The notes under the pieces: model-generated
Database searches by the model: none
What the model saw: only the letters and a program-made list of their open reading frames with translations
What the model was told of the DNA's origin: nothing
In this document: one piece after another, positions 60,137 through 64,000 of the stretch
Layout of the letters: each line of letters starts with the position of its first letter
Numbering within the stretch: position 1 is the stretch's first letter
Made by a program: the position numbers and the translations under genes
Origin: Spirochaetia bacterium UBA2205
GTDB lineage: Bacteria > Spirochaetota > UBA4802 > UB4802
Assembly (NCBI GenBank): GCA_002328585.1
Contig: DCUV01000032.1
Span: forward strand, 189,569-253,568
Direction: 5' to 3'
DNA length: 64,000 bases

Positions 60137-61107
60137 CCTCGCATTTTAATATGATACTCATACGCATCGATGGTACTTTCAATATCATTTTTTACAGGCT
60201 TCCAGCCTAATGTTTTTTTTGCACATGTATTGTCAAAGACATAGTCGCGTAATGCTATTTCTAGGTGTTGCGGCTCAACGGGCGATAGTTTTATGGCAGA
60301 TAATCCTTTTACAAGAGTACGGGCAATCCATGCAGGAACTGAAATTATTTTTGGCTTTTTGCCGGCATGTTCAAAGAGCGCCTCTACAAGCTGTCGCGTT
60401 GTTGGCACATTGTCACTGGCAACATTTGCAATGATTATACCCTTTTTCATTTTTTCAAGACACAAATAGATTGCATTTGCAACATCGCGTACATCCACCA
60501 TCTGCAATTTTGTTTTACCACCACCTGGCAGTATCACCGGATTCCCTTTGTACACCGCTTCCATCTGGGCAACTAAAAATGGCTCATTCTGCCCGGGACC
60601 ATTGATCGTTGGTGGGCGCACTATTGAAACAGCACATCCTTTTTCTGCCAGCTGTATGCACATACGCTCTCCCTCAACCTTGTGCCTGCCGTAGGGGCAT
60701 ACGGGCTGTAACGGCACGTCTTCACTGCAGGGGACTGGAACATCAATGCCATATACCTCTACCGATGAGATATAGACAAGTTGCGGAATTTTTAATTCTT
60801 TGCATACCTCTACAACATTTTTTGTTCCCGTAACATTAATGGCAAACATGTCCTTTTCATCGCGCACAAACTGTGCCAGAGCCGCCGCACAATGGACGAT
60901 AGCCTGTACACCCTTACATGCTTTTTGTATAATATCTTTCTGTACAATATCACCTTTCATAAAGGTAAACTTTTTATTGGAAATAACTGACGGTTCATTC
61001 ATGTCTTTCAGGTCTATCCCTGTTACAGCAAAGTTTTTCTCTAACAGGGTTTTTACAACCTGTCGTCCTAAATAGCCCGAACATCCTGTTACGCATATCA
61101 CTCTCAT
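60127..61107 (-). CDS. NAD-dependent epimerase/dehydratase (extended SDR)
   Basis: N-terminal VTGCSGYLGRQVV Rossmann motif and YGRHK catalytic YxxxK. Confidence 0.8.
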   Translation of the reverse strand: MRVICVTGCSGYLGRQVVKTLLEKNFAVTGIDLKDMNEPSVISNKKFTFMKGDIVQKDIIQKACKGVQAIVHCAAALAQFVRDEKDMFAINVTGTKNVVEVCKELKIPQLVYISSVEVYGIDVPVPCSEDVPLQPVCPYGRHKVEGERMCIQLAEKGCAVSIVRPPTINGPGQNEPFLVAQMEAVYKGNPVILPGGGKTKLQMVDVRDVANAIYLCLEKMKKGIIIANVASDNVPTTRQLVEALFEHAGKKPKIISVPAWIARTLVKGLSAIKLSPVEPQHLEIALRDYVFDNTCAKKTLGWKPVKNDIESTIDAYEYHIKMRGWV

Positions 61108-61124
61108 GGCTCCCTCCAGATAAT

Positions 61125-61829
61125 TTATAGTTTACCGTATTTTTTATATATCTCCACCAGAGATTTTCCCCCTCGTATCTCTTCTCGAGAACGCCGTTCT
61201 GCTGTTACAACCTCCTCCGCCTTTTCCACTACCTCTTTCAAATCAACATCTTTGATGGGGATTACCACCACGCCATCACAATCAGCAAATATAATATCAC
61301 CCGGGTTAACCCTGACACCACCGCACCAAATGGGTCCCCCAATGCCTACAAGGTCAACCCTCCCAACAGAATCAGTAGGTATATTGCCACGTGCCCATAC
61401 CGGAAATTCTACCTCTATAACCCTGTTTATATCACGGATGGGGCCATCCACCACCGCTCCTTTCACACCACCATAATACTTGCAGGTTGTTGACATAAGT
61501 TCACCCCATGCCCCTGCTTCATAGAACTCGTTAGCATTGACCACTGCTACCTGTCCTTTTTGCATGCTTCCAAAAAGATCTTCCAGAACCTTTGCTACAA
61601 ATTCAGGATCATACTCGCTAAGGCGCGTACTTTTGCGGGTTTTTGCTTCCTCCATGGTGAAAGCAGGACCGGCAATAGCAGCATCTGACATGATAGGACT
61701 AAATCCTGAACACATCGCCTGATGCATAAATCCCATCTCATCAAGCGTATCACATACTGCAGGTGTATAGGTTTTCTCCAACCTGATACATAGTTCAATT
61801 ATTTGTTCATGGGTATATGTTGGTGCCAT
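61125..61829 (-). CDS. RraA-family protein (RraA / 4-hydroxy-4-methyl-2-oxoglutarate aldolase-like)
   Basis: GGVKGAVVDGPIRD...VNPGDIIFADCDGVVVIP fits the RraA/MenG fold. Start set at the Met at 61829 (MAPTYTHEQ), which avoids overlap with the upstream gene. Confidence 0.65.
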   Translation of the reverse strand: MAPTYTHEQIIELCIRLEKTYTPAVCDTLDEMGFMHQAMCSGFSPIMSDAAIAGPAFTMEEAKTRKSTRLSEYDPEFVAKVLEDLFGSMQKGQVAVVNANEFYEAGAWGELMSTTCKYYGGVKGAVVDGPIRDINRVIEVEFPVWARGNIPTDSVGRVDLVGIGGPIWCGGVRVNPGDIIFADCDGVVVIPIKDVDLKEVVEKAEEVVTAERRSREEIRGGKSLVEIYKKYGKL

Positions 61830-61842
61830 ATAAAACCTCCTT

Positions 61843-64000
61843 TTATTGAATTTCAATAGTAACAAAACGTAATTCGTGAGGCTTTAGCGATAGATACTTT
61901 CTATTGGCCATATCACCTCTTTTTTCCCCAGAGCAGGTTGAATAATAAACTGCTACCGGCTGTTTTGATGTTATATCAATCCGGGTACTTTGTAATTTCC
62001 CCGTGGTTTCAAATAGTCCAACGGTAAACTTTTTATTGGTTATGGGGTACATCCACACCACTACAATTGCTGGATTAGACAGTGTTACCGGTGAAGAGGT
62101 TGTATAACCATATTCCTTGAAACTTTTATCATACGCCTTTGCCAGTGCATCGTTGATGCTATCAGCGCTAAAAGTTGTGAAGGTACTCCTGAATACTGTT
62201 TTATCCTTCAGGCTCTGCCCAAGTCCTACCTTTCCCCATAATGTCCACCCAATACAGCAGTGATAAAATCCATTACTGCCCATGGAATAACTTGACTCGG
62301 GAACTATCGCTTTACTGTCCTTTGTCATAAACAAAGCATACATTGCATCATCCCTTACCATGGTAAAAGCATCACAGTGAAACGATGGTGGCAATCCATA
62401 CATCCACTGGAAGGGATATAAGGTGTCATTGATACTTTTAAACGGCGCAGTATTCTTTGCGGCAGGAATGATATTGCCACCATTATAAATAGATCCCCAG
62501 CGTAATGGAGTGAATGCAGCATCATAGTACAGTGCATCCGATGTTAAAGGATATGCAAAGGAATGCTCAGCTATCTGTGGCTGTGACCCGCTGAATGTCT
62601 GTATCAATTCAATCTTTTTTTCATCCGCTGGAAGCACAATCTCCTGGGTAAGGGTAAGCGAAGGTGTAAAAAGCTGGTAAAAAAAATACACCACCTTTAA
62701 TAGCCATGGCGGTAATGAAACATGAAATGACTTATCCAGAAAATCTGCAATCAGTTCCATCCCTTTGTAATACTCTTTAACCGCACCCTCAATGATTATT
62801 CTATAATCATCATGATAACGGTAAACCAAAACATCAGGACTTTTAAATCCTTCAATGCATTGATAATAATCCCGCCGTGCACCATTTTCGCCACGCACTG
62901 CCTGCACATACTGATTAAATCCGTACTGAGCATTGTTTCGCATCCACTCTTTTTGCAGATCTTTATCATATACACCGGTAATGCTTCCTTTTTTTTGGTC
63001 GATAGTTACCCTGTAAAAATGACTATCGATAATAATGATATCTTTTTTATATTTTATTTTTTCCCAGCTCCGCCCGTCATGATACACCTCACTATATCCA
63101 GCCTTATGCATCAATATCTGCGGCAGCTTTATCCATTCGGAGCGGGTATTCATCCAATCTTTAACATCATCCGAGGTATAGTGTGTTTTGCCAAAAGGAA
63201 CAGGCCGGGGATTGTGATCATTATTGAGGAGTATTGCTTTATATCCCGATTCAGCAACAATATGGAAAGAATCAACATCAATGGGCTTATCATGCACCAA
63301 AGCGTCAACAACGGTTGAAGCAAGCTGATACATCCCTCTATCAAACATGCAGTTTATCAAAAGCCTTTGAGGATCCGTCTGAATAAAGTCCAGATAAATC
63401 TGCTCGCCCCAGAATGGTGCCATCTCACCCTTGATGCGCGGTATTGCGCCGTTGTAGCGCGAACGCACATAATCAAAAAACTGCGAAGGTGTAGCAATGA
63501 TAATCTCTGGATTTATCATTTTTTTATTCCATTCGCGGGCTATTTCAGAGGGGACGATATTTTGTGGCTGGTTGTCGCCACCCTGTGCAGGATAGTAAGG
63601 CAAAAGGTATGCATCATAGGGATAGTCCCAACGTGCATTGCCATAATCAAAATACTGTTGTATTTCAGCGGTAGGGTACCCTTTCTCAAGTTGCGCCAGA
63701 TGCAGGGCAATGCTGTTCTCCATAGTGGTAAAAGCATGTTCATCAAATGGCAGTTTTAGACGCATAGCAAGGTCAAAGTTTTCGCCATAGCCATTGAGCC
63801 CAGCACTGTGCCATACCAGTACATCCGCACTGGCATCCGGCGAAACACAATAAAACAGCGGAGGGACAACATATCGCGAATCATTTGGACCAATCAAAAG
63901 ATAGGGGATGTTATTTGCACACAGTATTTTGGTTACCTTTGAAAAATCCATGACATCATGGATACACGCTGTATGTATTGCTACATTGTACTTTTTTGCA
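61843..64000 (-). CDS. large glycoside-hydrolase-like protein (family uncertain; N-terminus may extend beyond window end)
   Basis: 702-aa ORF starting at 63951, with the frame still open to 64000 upstream. Aromatic/Asp-rich composition typical of GH catalytic domains. No motif confidently assigned. Confidence 0.4.
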   Translation of the reverse strand, partial: AKKYNVAIHTACIHDVMDFSKVTKILCANNIPYLLIGPNDSRYVVPPLFYCVSPDASADVLVWHSAGLNGYGENFDLAMRLKLPFDEHAFTTMENSIALHLAQLEKGYPTAEIQQYFDYGNARWDYPYDAYLLPYYPAQGGDNQPQNIVPSEIAREWNKKMINPEIIIATPSQFFDYVRSRYNGAIPRIKGEMAPFWGEQIYLDFIQTDPQRLLINCMFDRGMYQLASTVVDALVHDKPIDVDSFHIVAESGYKAILLNNDHNPRPVPFGKTHYTSDDVKDWMNTRSEWIKLPQILMHKAGYSEVYHDGRSWEKIKYKKDIIIIDSHFYRVTIDQKKGSITGVYDKDLQKEWMRNNAQYGFNQYVQAVRGENGARRDYYQCIEGFKSPDVLVYRYHDDYRIIIEGAVKEYYKGMELIADFLDKSFHVSLPPWLLKVVYFFYQLFTPSLTLTQEIVLPADEKKIELIQTFSGSQPQIAEHSFAYPLTSDALYYDAAFTPLRWGSIYNGGNIIPAAKNTAPFKSINDTLYPFQWMYGLPPSFHCDAFTMVRDDAMYALFMTKDSKAIVPESSYSMGSNGFYHCCIGWTLWGKVGLGQSLKDKTVFRSTFTTFSADSINDALAKAYDKSFKEYGYTTSSPVTLSNPAIVVVWMYPITNKKFTVGLFETTGKLQSTRIDITSKQPVAVYYSTCSGEKRGDMANRKYLSLKPHELRFVTIEIQ

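Noticed and set aside
1-64000. Mobile elements, CRISPR arrays, prophage or integron signatures.
   Set aside because: No transposase, integrase, recombinase or Cas-like ORFs were found. No spaced direct-repeat arrays and no tRNA genes. The window reads as core chromosome with small orphan-gene pockets.

Overview
This is a low-GC (~36%) bacterial chromosomal window, densely coding on both strands. There are no rRNA or tRNA genes, no CRISPR array, and no transposases, integrases or phage genes. All product calls come from reading the six-frame ORF translations, with no database search.

Gene content, in order along the window:
- 1-2.3 kb: a chemotaxis-linked block (SAM methyltransferase, zinc-ribbon membrane protein, HDOD protein, CheD).
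- 11.8-14 kb: a purE-guaA operon.
- 14.4-20.9 kb: smpB, then a System I cytochrome c maturation operon (ccmABCDEF) led by a pentaheme c-type cytochrome lipoprotein.
- 21-29 kb: envelope and redox genes, and a 7TMR-DISM-sensor adenylate cyclase.
- 33.3-35 kb: a bacterial XPB-family helicase.
- 36.7-43.6 kb: an osmoadaptation block (MscS channel, fused OtsA/OtsB, a TreT-like trehalose synthase, ADP-forming acyl-CoA synthetase).
- 47-53.5 kb: a six-gene envelope operon (see below).
- 54.5-64 kb: a sugar-acid catabolic cluster (uxuA, kdgK, HpcH-family aldolase, RraA-family aldolase, SDR, MBL hydrolase, a divergent Nramp-related transporter, and a glycoside-hydrolase-like gene running off the window end).

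Most notable observations:
1. A peroxiredoxin whose peroxidatic-Cys codon is an in-frame TGA. A GGUC-looped hairpin follows 11 nt downstream, in the position and form of a bacterial SECIS. This is a candidate selenoprotein Sec-Prx.
2. A 9-12-mer, GGCGATAGTTAC (core GCGATAGTT), occurs at least 18 times on both strands, mostly inside genes. Base composition predicts fewer than one copy.
3. A translationally coupled operon encoding an LTD protein, a beta-barrel fused to a ComEA-like HhH domain, a large beta-barrel OMP, a LarE-like PP-loop enzyme, a GT2-like protein and CapA.
4. A ~78-nt conserved leader element sits immediately upstream of two unrelated genes (purE and a secreted acidic protein).
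5. A CcmE heme chaperone carrying CxxxY in place of HxxxY.
6. A degraded GPH-family transporter pseudogene.
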